From NCBI GenBank assembly GCA_040954595.2, contig CM082587.2, positions 9,739,403 through 9,803,402 of the forward strand: a stretch of DNA of 64,000 bases. The letters run 5' to 3'. The number at the start of each line of letters is the position of its first letter. The first letter of the stretch is position 1. The position numbers and the translations under genes were made by a program. This stretch comes from Balanoglossus misakiensis. Its lineage: Eukaryota > Animalia > Hemichordata. Under the pieces are notes generated by a model. The model did not search any database. It was given only the letters and a program-made list of their open reading frames with translations, and was not told the origin of the DNA. Below are positions 1-12,100 of the stretch, piece after piece.

Positions 1-221
1 GCGTTAAAGTATGTGAGAATTACACCTTATGCGAGTCAAGGCGTAAAGGTATTCATAAAAATAGCGTCAAGGACTCTGTGGTCCCATTTGAGGATTATGC
101 GGAAACAGTGACACACCAGAATAAAAATTACAGGTGACATTGCAAGCAGATCTGCAAGCAGCAATATCGGGCCCAAGCCAATATAGCACATAGCAACATA
201 GCAAATATAGCTGTGAACAGC

Positions 222-1720
222 AATAAGCGGGTTTCGAGACACTACTAGCCCTATTGGTTTGCCTGGAGATAGATATGTGCCTATTGAATTAGGCAGGGTG
301 AAGGACTGCATTAGTTGTTCTATCATGCCAAATGCCAAGGGCATAGGTGCTGTGGATGCTGAGATTTGGAAAAGTAGGTCAAAGGTTACGTGAGGTCACG
401 CTAAATATGAGCAGAGAATGTTGATGCTTTAGTGGTCCATTTTAACAAAAAACAGACCTGTAGCCCTGTTGGTTTGCCTGGAATTAGGTACGCACATAAT
501 TAATGAGTTAGGCAGGTGTCGCAGGTGACCCTAAATTTTGGCTTCTTATTTTGGTACCATCCACGCAAACACCTAAGCTGTACCTGCTCTAGATGCCGAG
601 ATATGAGGAAGTAGGTCAAAGGTCACCCGAGGTCACCCAAAATTTGGGCAAAACAATTTGACCCCATAGTGGTACATATCCAACAAACACCAGACCTGTA
701 GCCCCCTTGGTTCGCCTAGAATTAGGTATGCACATAATTAATGAGTTAGGCAGGTGTCACAGGTGACCCTAAATTTTGGCTTCTTATTTTGGTACCATCC
801 ACGCAAACACCTAAGCTGTACCTGCTCTAGATGCCGAGATATGAGGAAGTAGGTCAAAGGTCACCAAAGGTCACCCCAAATTTGGGGGGATAATTTGACC
901 CCATACTAGTCCATGTCCAACAAAAATCAGACCTGTAGCCCTATTGGTTTGCCTGGAATTAGGTATGCACATAATTAATGAGTTAGGCAGGTGTCACAGG
1001 TGACCCTTGAATTAATTTGGCTTCTTATTGTGGTCCTATGCTGCACACTGGCCGAAAGGACTCTTGCACCAACCAGAATTCTACAAAACGACTTGGCCAT
1101 AGCTTAACTATAGTGGAATACGTATAGATTTCATAAAAAAATTAATATAAAAAAATCTGTCGATTTTTCATATTATTTTTTCAGTTGGAACTGATTGTTG
1201 GAAGGTAGGCTAGCTGCACAATAAATTTGAAGCTGATCAGCCCAGCGGATGTTGAGATATTGGGCATAAATCTAAGATCCTAGGTGGCCATAGCTTAACT
1301 ATGGAAAGTATAGGCCTAAGGCTGGGTCCAATGGTCTTGAAAAATATGAAAAATAATGCTTTAAAAATCATCTCCTCAAAATCGGCAAAGACTTGAACAT
1401 TGAAATTTGGCATATAGGACCCTGGCCATATGGTCCACAAAGTTTGTTCACAGAATTTTGATTCGTCATTTTTTATGCAAATGAGATCAATTTAAAACTT
1501 TCAATCCAAGATGGCTGCCAGGTCATGTGACCTGTTGCCATAGTTACATGATCAGAAAATTACTTGCTTTGAGTTTTACCTATGAGCCAAATTTCAAGTC
1601 ATTGGGTGCAACGGTCTTCGAATAGCGGCTGTTTTTAAGAGTGGGAAGAAGAATAATAATAATAAAAAACAACACGATTTCAAGAGGGTTTCGAGACCAG
1701 AGGGTCTCGAAACCCTAATA
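222..1720 (+). mobile_element. Second HINE-like element nested in the first
   Basis: 5' GGGTTTCGAGAC (~229-240) reappears as the 3' hairpin GGGTTTCGAGACC-AGAG-GGTCTCGAAACCC (~1686-1715) after an (AAG/AAT)n tract. Internal ~239-bp repeats. Confidence 0.55.
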
Positions 1721-2900
1721 AGCATATCTGCTCTGGATGCCAAGATATGGAAAAGTAGGTCAAAGGTCACCTGAGGTTATGCAAAATTTGGGCAAGGAAT
1801 TTTGACCCTATACTGGTCCATGTTCAACAAAAACCAAACCTATAGCCCTATTGGTTAGCCTGGAATTAGGTATGCACATAATTAATGAGATATGCAGGTG
1901 TCACAGGTGACCCCCAATTTTGGCTTTTCAGTTTTAGTCCCAACCCTCCAAACGCCAAGTCTGTACCTTCTCTGGATGTCAAGATATGATAAAGTAGGTC
2001 AAAGGTCACCTGAGGTCATGCAAAATTTGGGCAAGAAATGTTGACCCTATACTGGTCCAGGTTCAACAAAAACCAAACCTATAGCCCTATTGGTTAGCCT
2101 GGAATAAGGTATGCACATAATTAATGAGATATGCAGTTGTCACAGGTGACCCCCAATTTTGGCTTTTCAATTTTAGTCCCAACCCTCCAAACGCCAAGTC
2201 TGTACCTGCTCTGGATGCCGAGATATAGGAAAGTAGGTCAAAGGTCACCTGAGGTCACCCAAAATTTGGGCAAGAAATTTTGACCCTATACTGGTCCATG
2301 TTCAACAAAAACCAAACCTATAGCCCTATTGGTTAGCCTGGAATTAGGTATGCACATAATTAATGAGATATGCAGGTGTCACAGGTGACCCCCAATTTTG
2401 GCTTTTCAGTTTTAGTCCCAACCCTCCAAACGCCAAGTCTGTACCTTCTCTGGATGTCAAGATATGATAAAGTAGGTCAAAGGTCACCTGAGGTCATGCA
2501 AAATTTGGGCAAGAAATGTTGACCCTATACTGGTCCATGTTCAACAAAAACCAAACCTATAGCCCTATTGGTTAGCCTGGAATTAGGTATGCACATAATT
2601 AATGAGATATGCAGGTGTCACAGGTGACCCCCAATTTTGGCTTTTCAGTTTTAGTCCCAACCCTCCAAACGCCAAGTCTGTACCTTCTCTGGATGTCAAG
2701 ATATGATAAAGTAGGTCAAAGGTCACCTGAGGTCATGCAAAATTTGGGCAAGAAATGTTGACCCTATACTGGTCCAGGTTCAACAAAAACCAAACCTATA
2801 GCCCTATTGGTTAGCCTGGAATTAGGTATGCACATAATTAATGAGATATGCAGGTGTCACAGGTGACCAATATTTTGGCTTTTCAATTTTAGTCCCAACC
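1721..2900 (+). repeat. ~240-bp tandem repeat array (satellite-like HINE core)
   Basis: Near-identical units at 240-bp period (lines starting 1861/2101/2341/2581). The interrupted unit resumes at 14122 (AACCCTCCAAACGCCAAG...). Confidence 0.95.
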
Positions 2901-2943
2901 CACAGCCGTATTCAGCCTGAATTCTAGTTGGAGTAAAGAAATA
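2901..2943 (+). repeat. Left TIR of the RAG1-like transposon (conserved block begins after 18 bp)
   Basis: CACAGCCGT-ATTCAGCCT-GAATTCTAGTTGGAGTAAAGAAATA. Confidence 0.92.
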
Positions 2944-3265
2944 CAAACTCACAAACCTTACCAAATTACATCGATAGAGGGCGATATTCATATGGCAATC
3001 CTGATCTGTGCTGTGGTCACAAATTTAATACAATACACATTTTAAAAGTACAAGTTTTAAAAAAAATGTATGTAGTTTGAAAATTTATATTATTTCACTT
3101 TTAAATTCATAGATTTTTTCAATTAAATTATATTTTTAATTAATTTTTTGGCCACGACCTTAAAAAATCATTGCTCTTGTTTTGTTGGACATACCATGTA
3201 CCATTTGGTGGGATCTGTTCACTGGATATACTAAAAAATATGACAATAGGGGATTGTATATATAT

Positions 3266-3296
<31 letters not shown>

Positions 3297-5393
3297 TAGA
3301 CACATATCTATATATATGTATATATGTAATATTTAGACACATGGGCACACACGCACACACTTATATAAATATATACCGGTATATATGTGTGTTCCGATCC
3401 ATACACTCACACCTCTATGAACTACATCCAAACATCACAAGAAATTATTACTGACAAAACTTGTACTTTTTTAACCATTTATTCTTTTCTTTAGCAAAGT
3501 GCATGCATATCACTTCATCTTAAACATTTAGCTGCTATCTTTGCGAGCCCTTTTCCTTATAGGTGGTTTAGGGTTTCCTGGGTGATTCCTGATATGATGA
3601 TCTTTCACCATGCACTTCAACCTGTCTACGTCATTTGGCATTGAGGCATAACTCCTCTCTGCTGTGTTGAAGTGATGGTGAATGACCTCAATACCTTGCT
3701 CACCTAGAAAACCCAGCCCCATATTTGTCATTTCAATTTGACTGACAACATGACATTCAAGAAGGTGCATCTTTGGAAACACAGATTCTTTAGGGAAATT
3801 TGATCTGTAATATTCCATGAGCCCTCGTATGTTGATACCTAGGAGAAAAAGAGAAAATATAAAATCCTTAGTGAGTGGTAATTTAAGAAATTGCAAGAGG
3901 TTTATCACTTTATCCACTAAACACTAAGGAATCCAAATGTAAAGAGTTACAACTACAACATGAACATACATATAAATGTAAACATCAAAATAAAATAAAA
4001 TACAATAAATATAAAAATCATACACTCAGAGAGAGAACAAAAAAGGTGAACACAAGAAAAAATACAAATACAAAATAAATTATCGTTGATTATCCAAACA
4101 AGAAAATAATACTTATTTTATGCAAACTTCAACATTGAATACATTTACAGCATGCAGCAACCAGGCTTCTAAATCTGCCCGTGGCTTCTCTGGTATAATT
4201 CAAGTATCTACAAACTGCCAAATAGAAAAAAAACACCATAGAACATGGTTAGTTCAAATACATTATAAATAATTGAACAAATGTGATTATCTTGATAAGA
4301 ATAGTCACCAAGCTCAGTTATTTCATCTTGGGTCAACCTCCTTGAAAGAGAATATGTGTTGTGGCATGATGCAAACAGTGTCAGTAATGGTTTGAATTTG
4401 TCCCTTATGGCCTCTGCATCAGTAATCAGTTCTGGTGTCATCTCCTCAGTACACTGTACCACACTATCAACAATGATGTTGATATTCTTGTCCTGAATAT
4501 GAGATGGAAAAGATCTTATGCTTAATAGGTGTACGTGTTTGCATGAATGCATGAATAAGAAAATGTCAGAAACAAATTGAAAATGTATTTGTGAATATCT
4601 ACAACAAAAGCAGAGTAAAACTAAATATTAATTTAACCTTTTCATTTCTAGGATTTGACCTGTATGAAATGAAAATACCAACAGGCAAGCATACAAGCAG
4701 CAGATAACTTACTGCCTTGGGGAAACTTAAAATTTTAAGAAAGCTGCATGCCATTGTTATCTACATAAAAAAATGAACTGGGGTCAAGAACCACAAATCA
4801 TGCCTTATTTTGCAGTTACTCTTATCCTCTGAAGTAAAACAATTTCTTCACTAGATTTAAAACTTGAATATTTGGGAAGCAATACAATATACTAGTATTA
4901 TAGAAACCTTGCAGCATGTGTTGACATGGTTTCCAATGAAAGACTTTCCATGGTAAGCCTGTCTGTACACATGAATTTTATTTAGACTCCTATCAAGTTT
5001 CCTGACTGTATATCCAGCATCCCTTGGTAAGTTTCCTTTCAGGCTTGCTGCATCCTCTCTCTGTGTGGAAACAAAACTGTCAGTGAAACTATTGCAAAGC
5101 TGAAGTATGAAATCAAAAGTAGCATGGTTATCCAAAAGACAGGTGAAAATGAGGTGAAAGACTAGGATTATGTCCAAAATAAATGTTTGTTTCTCATACC
5201 TCAGCACTTGAAATAACTATGGCAACAATTTTCCTGTTATGAGTACACATAAAATTTGGTTTTCTTTTTTCTGGTGTCATATGAAACATTATATTATTCT
5301 GTTTCTATTACAGCAAATAGAAAAAAAATCATTGACATGATCAAAACCTAGCATGAGAAACAAACACTGCAAAGTACTCTAACCCTAACCTTG

Positions 5394-8300
5394 TAGTCCG
5401 GCCGCCAGAGGGGTAAACCTTGTTTTGGCGTCTAAAGTTTTTTTTAAAGCGGATTCTGCTTGTATAGATCACCAAAGTGAAAAAAATTGTTACTGGAGCT
5501 CTGTCAGCATTGAGCAATTTGAATAAATTAGCATAATCAAAATGGCCGCCAACGTATTGCATTTTGGCTGAGAAAGAAGAGTCAAACGAACGTTATACAC
5601 CCTGTAGCTTTGTTTTTATCATTTATTTCACCAAGTTGTTGCTTAAGACAAACTAGAAAATAAATGTTGCCATTTATAATGAGCTAATTTGCATAATTTC
5701 AAGATGGTGGCCATCTGTGAACCTCTGTTTTTGTTGAATAACTTTTACATATGTATTTTGCTACGTGCAGTCATTTTAAAACATTTCTTATCACTGTTTT
5801 ATAATTCTGGCCACCTTAAATAGTTTTTCACTTTGTGCTAGAGGGTAAAATCCCATAATAATTGCATTATGGGTAAAAAGTAGACAATTCACTAGAGTAA
5901 TAGATAGAAGACATTATATGTTTAATGTATTTCATGACTTCCTTTGGTCAAACATTTCTGCTTTGAAGTTGACATATTAAAGTCAATCAACTTTTTTTAC
6001 ATTTAAAAATTTTTTTAGTTACAAAGTATCGGAATGACCGAATATCACTTTAGCTTATGAACTCCCATTTCTTAAACATGGCAAAAACTCGGCCATCTTG
6101 GAATTGTGTCGACCAGATGAGACTTTTATTACTCACCTGGGTAGCAAAAATCTATTTAAAGTCGGGAGAATTGCAAGTACATAAATCTTCTTTCGCAAAA
6201 TTAATGTTGATTATCATACATTTATCATGAGCAGCCAGGTAATCCTTCGCCCTTTCTCAAAGGCAACATAATGCCGTCATATCCAGTCCAATAATCATTA
6301 TCATACGAGGTAAAAATTACCAGCTCCAAGAAATAATTGATAATGGCAGTTGCTATATTTTATCGCCTTGAACTACTTGAAGTGGCCGTACCAGGTGTCC
6401 CGAATTGGACAACGTATCATGCGAGAATGTTACCCCAGTCAAGATTGACCAAAAGGAACAAACTAAAGTGTAATTTACCAAAATGCCAAACTATTATTGT
6501 GAGTCAAATCCAGAAATACTGTCACTTGCCATTTGAGTGACTGATGAGTCATATTTGGAATTACAAAGTCTCTTTAGATACCACTGAATTTCGTAAATTA
6601 TTCTGCGAAAGTCAGAGAATGTCTGCCTCAATTTCGTTTTAAAGGTAATAAGCTGTGTCTAATTTTAAATTCCTCATATTAGTTGCAAACTTTACCGCAT
6701 CTCGGGAGTTTTGTTTATTCATCACAAAACTTGGCAAACAATGACTCTTGAAAAACATACATACACATTGTGAAAACATTTCGAACATTTAAAAAGGGCA
6801 AGGATACACATGGAACATCAATCAACTCATATCGTTTAAAAGCTGAATGTTTGTGCCTGTTCAACCTGCAAGCTGAAACCTTTAAAAATGAACGAGGAGG
6901 AAGTTAAACTATGGTGATAAATCATGGATGTTGAAGGATCGATTGTGCAAGCTTTGCGAAATACCTGTTGATTATAAAAAAAACATTGCTAATTTCTAAC
7001 AGGAGTGCAGATTATTTTGGAACTGTCTTGTCTTTTCCAGCATTTTTTTACTTTTAAGGACAGATAGGCAGCAGTCAACTGAAGGAAAATGTTAGAACGC
7101 TTTAAATGAATGAATTTCCCTTTCTTATCTAAACGATGCCAATTTCCTTTAAAAATACAAACACTGCTCTTTCTCACTACAAAATACGTGTTGGCATCCC
7201 ATTTTAATGTATTATCAAAAATGGAGCCAAGGTATGTGTGAGTCGGGACAATTTCTACTTGATTTTTATAAAGGTCTTCTTGCGCATTCCTTCAGGTTTC
7301 TCAAGTTGTTTCTATAAATGAATTTAAAATAAGAAGCTTAACATCTTCCACACCAGTTCTTTTCGAAAACGCACATCAAAGGGATAGATCGGAAGACTTT
7401 ACAGTTTTATCTAGTGTTTTCAGGATAAAAGTGTGAACAGAGATTTGAATGTTGAAAGATCTCGTTCAGCTGATCAGTACATTATTTCGAGGCGAATCAC
7501 AAATGCGATCTGGGGACCAGTGTTTGTATTTAATTTCAGTGGTTATAGGGTTATAGCTGGTTATGACTACCCGTAGGTCACATATAGTAGGATAGTTCAC
7601 AATTATGAAATCGACGACTTATCTAAGGTGTTACTGGAACATTTACAAGCAATAGTTTTACATCATATTTCGTAGAGATTACATAAACTTGGCTCCATAT
7701 GGATGTATAGAAAGGTAACAGGAAGTTCAGCATTCTTATTATTTCAACATCGGTGTATTTACATTTGGCATCATTGTTGAAAAATATAGCCTGAGTTGTG
7801 TTTAATGACAATATGCTCATGCCTACGACTGCCACCAAAGAAAGCCTGTTTCATCAGTAATGTTAGTCTCTGTTGTAATGGGACAGTTTCCTTCCCATGG
7901 TGTTTATATAGGAATAGGAGGCTGTAGGTGTGTCCTGAATCATAAGAATGTTGCTAACTTTATTCATTATATCCTTGTCTAAAATTTGGCCAATGTTTAT
8001 TTTGTCCATCCCTTGTAAACAAATCTTAAAATCCCGGAAAAAACTCATGTTGACTAATGAGACATTCTGCTCGAACATTTTTAATAGGTGTATCTTTATC
8101 CGAGATACAGATAAAGGATATGTATACGGGTCTTTCAGGATTGCATACACTCATTTGGAAACACACAAATATGATCAGAACAATGTCTAGTACATTTTAA
8201 TGTACATTTCAATGTAGTTTATTGTAGTTTAGAGAATACGTTATAATCTGCGTTTATACAGTTCAACTTATAAAAAACAGTTAAGCTTTAAATAATCTCT

Positions 8301-9147
8301 GATCTACACTGTACTTCTAATTAGGTGTAATAAATGATATTGCCTGATAGTATATCAAGAAAACACTTATTTATGAATTTATGATAAAATGGCCAAAAAT
8401 GAAAGGAATATCAGTATAGTGAAACATTTCCGCAAGTTTTGTGCTATGAAAAATAAAAAATCTAATGTCTCAGTGGAGTACATTTACTTCCATGTGTTCT
8501 ACTGGATGAGATCATGCTTTGTTTATGAAGTTCTAAAGTGAGAAATGCAATGTTTTCATTGTATTTTTCATTTTACTACAGTGACGGCCATATTCCTTTG
8601 CGGCAAAGATTAACATTCATCTGGTTAAAACGTGTATGTAACTCATGTTTAGGGTTTACAATACTTGTATATACGTCATGGAGCGTTAACTTATGCAAAT
8701 TAGTATTTAAATATACTCAATTATGACAACTAACCTGTTTTCGCACTATAAAGGTGATTTCTATATCTCTTACATTGATAATTGAAATCATTTGGCGGCC
8801 ATTTTTTATGCTAATTATCTCAAATTGCTCAACACTGACGGAGCTCCTGTAACCATTTCTTTCACTCTTGTGATCTATGCAAGCAGAACCCGCTTTAAAA
8901 ACTCTGATGACACTAATACAAGGTTCGTCACAAAAAGCGGACTTGGCAGCCGGCCTATATATTGATAATTTGAAATCATTCGGCGGCCATTTTTTTATGC
9001 TAATTATCTCAAATTGCTCAACACTGACGGAGCTCCAGTAACCATTTCTTTCACTCTGGTGATCTATGCAAGCAGAATCCGCTTTAAAAAAAACTTTAGA
9101 CGCCAAAACAAGGTTCGGCAAAAAAAGTGGATTTGGCGGCCGGACTA
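5394..9147. mobile_element. Non-autonomous Academ-like DNA transposon inserted into transposase exon 7
   Basis: Termini TAGTCCGGCCGCCA...TGGCGGCCGGACTA with long imperfect TIRs; 3-bp TSD TTG (5391-5393, 9148-9150); ~190-bp subterminal tandem duplication at 8770-9120. TAG...CTA ends with a 3-bp TSD fit Academ. Confidence 0.8.
6100..8200 (-). pseudogene. Decayed Penelope-like retroelement fragments inside the Academ-like element
   Basis: Broken frames with peptides resembling invertebrate Penelope ORFs (INIGQILD...PTASYSYINTMGRKL, KYTDVEIIRMLNFL); many stops and frameshifts. Confidence 0.5.
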
Positions 9148-12100
9148 TTGGCCTTGGCACTTGCAATTAGCTTTTCCTGCACATCTGATGCTTTTGAAAT
9201 AGCAGCTAATGAAAGGGAATCATCATCGCTGTCGTCATCACTATCATCATCAAGAAGTTGTCTCTGAATGTTATTCTCCATGGCAGCAGCCCTGGCTTCT
9301 TGAGAGTCGGCCTCCCTTTCCAAGACAAGGGCCTCACGAAGCAATGACACATATGCATCAAAACGTGCTGGTTTGAAGACAGGTTCATCAATGTCGTCAT
9401 TTTTTTCCATAGCACAGAATATCTTAAGATCAAGTTCTGCACATGCATTTTCCAGCAACTCAAAAAACCTCTTATATAAGCCAAGGCTTATATGCAGTGC
9501 TGGAATTGCAACCTGGAAGCAAAACAAAATCAATGTAACTGTGAATAAAAAAAAATACTGAGTTAAGTAAACTTTAACAGGCCTATTTGGAATATACTGT
9601 CTGGCTACTTAGTATTCCCTCAACAATAAATGTAATTATTTATAGAGAAGATCATCAGTATACAGTTATGTTTTACATATTTTAGATTTTTTTGAGACAA
9701 ACCCAAGACCTGAAGTAGCATTCACAAAGCCAGGACTCAAACCCACTAAGCTAACTTCCCAAGCTAAAAAAAGACTTCTTCTTTAATTGCAATTTGATCC
9801 TGCATGTCTCCATCACATGTGCATATCATATGGTAAAGTGACAACTGGTAATGCTAGGAGCAAATAAAACTGTTTAACAACCAAGTCAAAATGACAATTA
9901 TTGATTAAACTGCACACCCTGTTTAGAGGAATATCAAACAAAGGCTTGTTGATACAGTTGTTGAACATCAACGCAGTCTTCTTATCACTCCCTGCTGCTA
10001 CATAGGCCTGGTTGTCAGCTTTCAGTTGCTCAAGGGACCGTTGTTTTATTTCTGGTCTGTCTCCTGGTTCACGCTTTGCTTCCTCCTTGGTAATAGTACA
10101 CCAAAGACAGAAATATCTGCCTAAAGACAAATTACCCATGAATTATTGCACATTTTGTACATTTGCTGAAAATAAATTATAATCATTCTTTTACATGGTA
10201 AATTACATATAGTGACTGGCTGACTGATAAACAAAGCTGCTGATAAACACTAGAGCACAATACTATTATCTAATAACTCCATCATTCATGAATGGAAAAC
10301 AAGTGATTAGTAGCTCACAATTGACTTATACCTTATGTGTACTTACCACTTGCACCTGATAACCCATAAATGGTTGTCAGATATTCATAGTCACCAGCAA
10401 GAAAAGGAATAACCTTCTTATCTCTATGGAAGAAAGGTTTGAAAGTTAAAGGCATGGTACATAGCATAAAACATGTTGAAATAACAAATATTCAGTTTGC
10501 CAGCACAGTCACTATGAGTATGGCCAGCACTGCTATTGTTGACAATGGAATTGATTTCAATTGTAAGCGATAACAGTGTTTGTTATACATACACTGGTTG
10601 TGCTGACAGAATCGATATTGTGTGTTTCAACATGGTATAGGGAACAGACAACACAGTGTTAGTTGAAAGAGTCAAGCTAAAAGTATCTGAAACAAATAAA
10701 AGTTACAGCTACATGTACTGAGTGTCAGAAAACCAGCCATTGTAAGAAAAGGTGTGCATCAGTTTGAATAGAGCTGAACAGGTATGTACAATCCTCTACC
10801 ATGGGTAATGCTGCAGAAGAGAAAACTATGACTAGATATTTTAATGCATAATTGAAATATTTGCATCATTTACATGTATATCATGTACTCACCTCCATGT
10901 GCAACTCTCTAATGAGTTGATTTGGTCTAAATTAACCTTGTAGGCAATCTCAAGGTTATGCCTTGTATCCGGTGCAGCAAAAATATTCCACACCACTGTG
11001 TTTTCAATTGAATTAAGGTTGGCAACATTACAAATCTGAAAGACAGATTTCATGCTGCCACCTCCCTTATCGCCCCCAACTTTACACCAGACTTCATCAC
11101 AGGGAATAGTGCTTTCCTGCCAAGTAAGTTTATTTTCTCTGAAATATAAAGTAGATTGATATAATAATATCAATATAATAAATGCATTACAAACATGGTA
11201 GTAAAAAATGTTGAAGAATGAGAATGAAAAGACCACGTGTACAAAATATTGTCTAAAATGTGAAGTGAAAGGTAGGTACCATTAGTCTATTGAAAATGTG
11301 TAAAGTAAGGTCAAAACAAAACATACTATTTATTTTTGACATTATATGATGTCTTTCATTTTTACGTCAATGAAGTTGAATGTTTACTCCAAATTATACT
11401 CCGTACCAGCATTCACAAGAACATTTTAGGGATAACTGAAAGTAAAATCCAAATTTGTTGATTATTCTCAATGTTACCTTTCCAAACACTCAAGCCTAGT
11501 AATGATTGCATCCTTCACATTCTCTATTACTACCAATGGTGCAAGTCTGATTTCTGTGCAGTGTTTGCCATCTGTTCCCCTCACTTTAAATGTGAAGGGA
11601 AGTCTTTCCGCAGAAAGGGGCAGGGATAGCGTTTCAGCAATTTCCCTGTCCCTTGTCTCTCCTTGGACATGTATGTTCCAATTTCGCAACCATCTGAGGA
11701 AAAAAATAGATTATGTTGAAATGCATGTGTACTTACCCATCCCATGACACATTGCCACTATTGACAGGTTTGACTGTACTAGTAAAATATGCTATAAAAA
11801 CGCTGGCATACACACCCACTTAATCCTTACCTCCTCAGTGCTCTCAACTTATTCCATGGTAGTGACAAACTGGTCTTTAGCATTAGACCAGCTCCAGGAG
11901 GAACATTAGGCAAAAGACCAAGGGAATGTAGTTCAGTCTTCCCAAATCTGCCCAGCTCCCGCCTAACCTGTTGTGCTACCGCTTTGCTGTCACCTGACGC
12001 ACCTGACGCACTTTCTCTTGTCTTCTCTACAATGGTTGCTCGATGTGCCTGTGTACGAGTTGATACTCTGGTGGAATCCTTCGCTGCCTTTGGGACATAC

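Noticed and set aside
1721-2900. CRISPR-like array
   Set aside because: Units repeat over their whole 240 bp with no unique spacers; eukaryotic context with no cas genes.
2944-2952. ACAAAC-like sequence after the left TIR block as an RSS nonamer
   Set aside because: Weak match, not conserved at the right end and not at a 12/23 distance; the conserved inner element is the 25-bp block.
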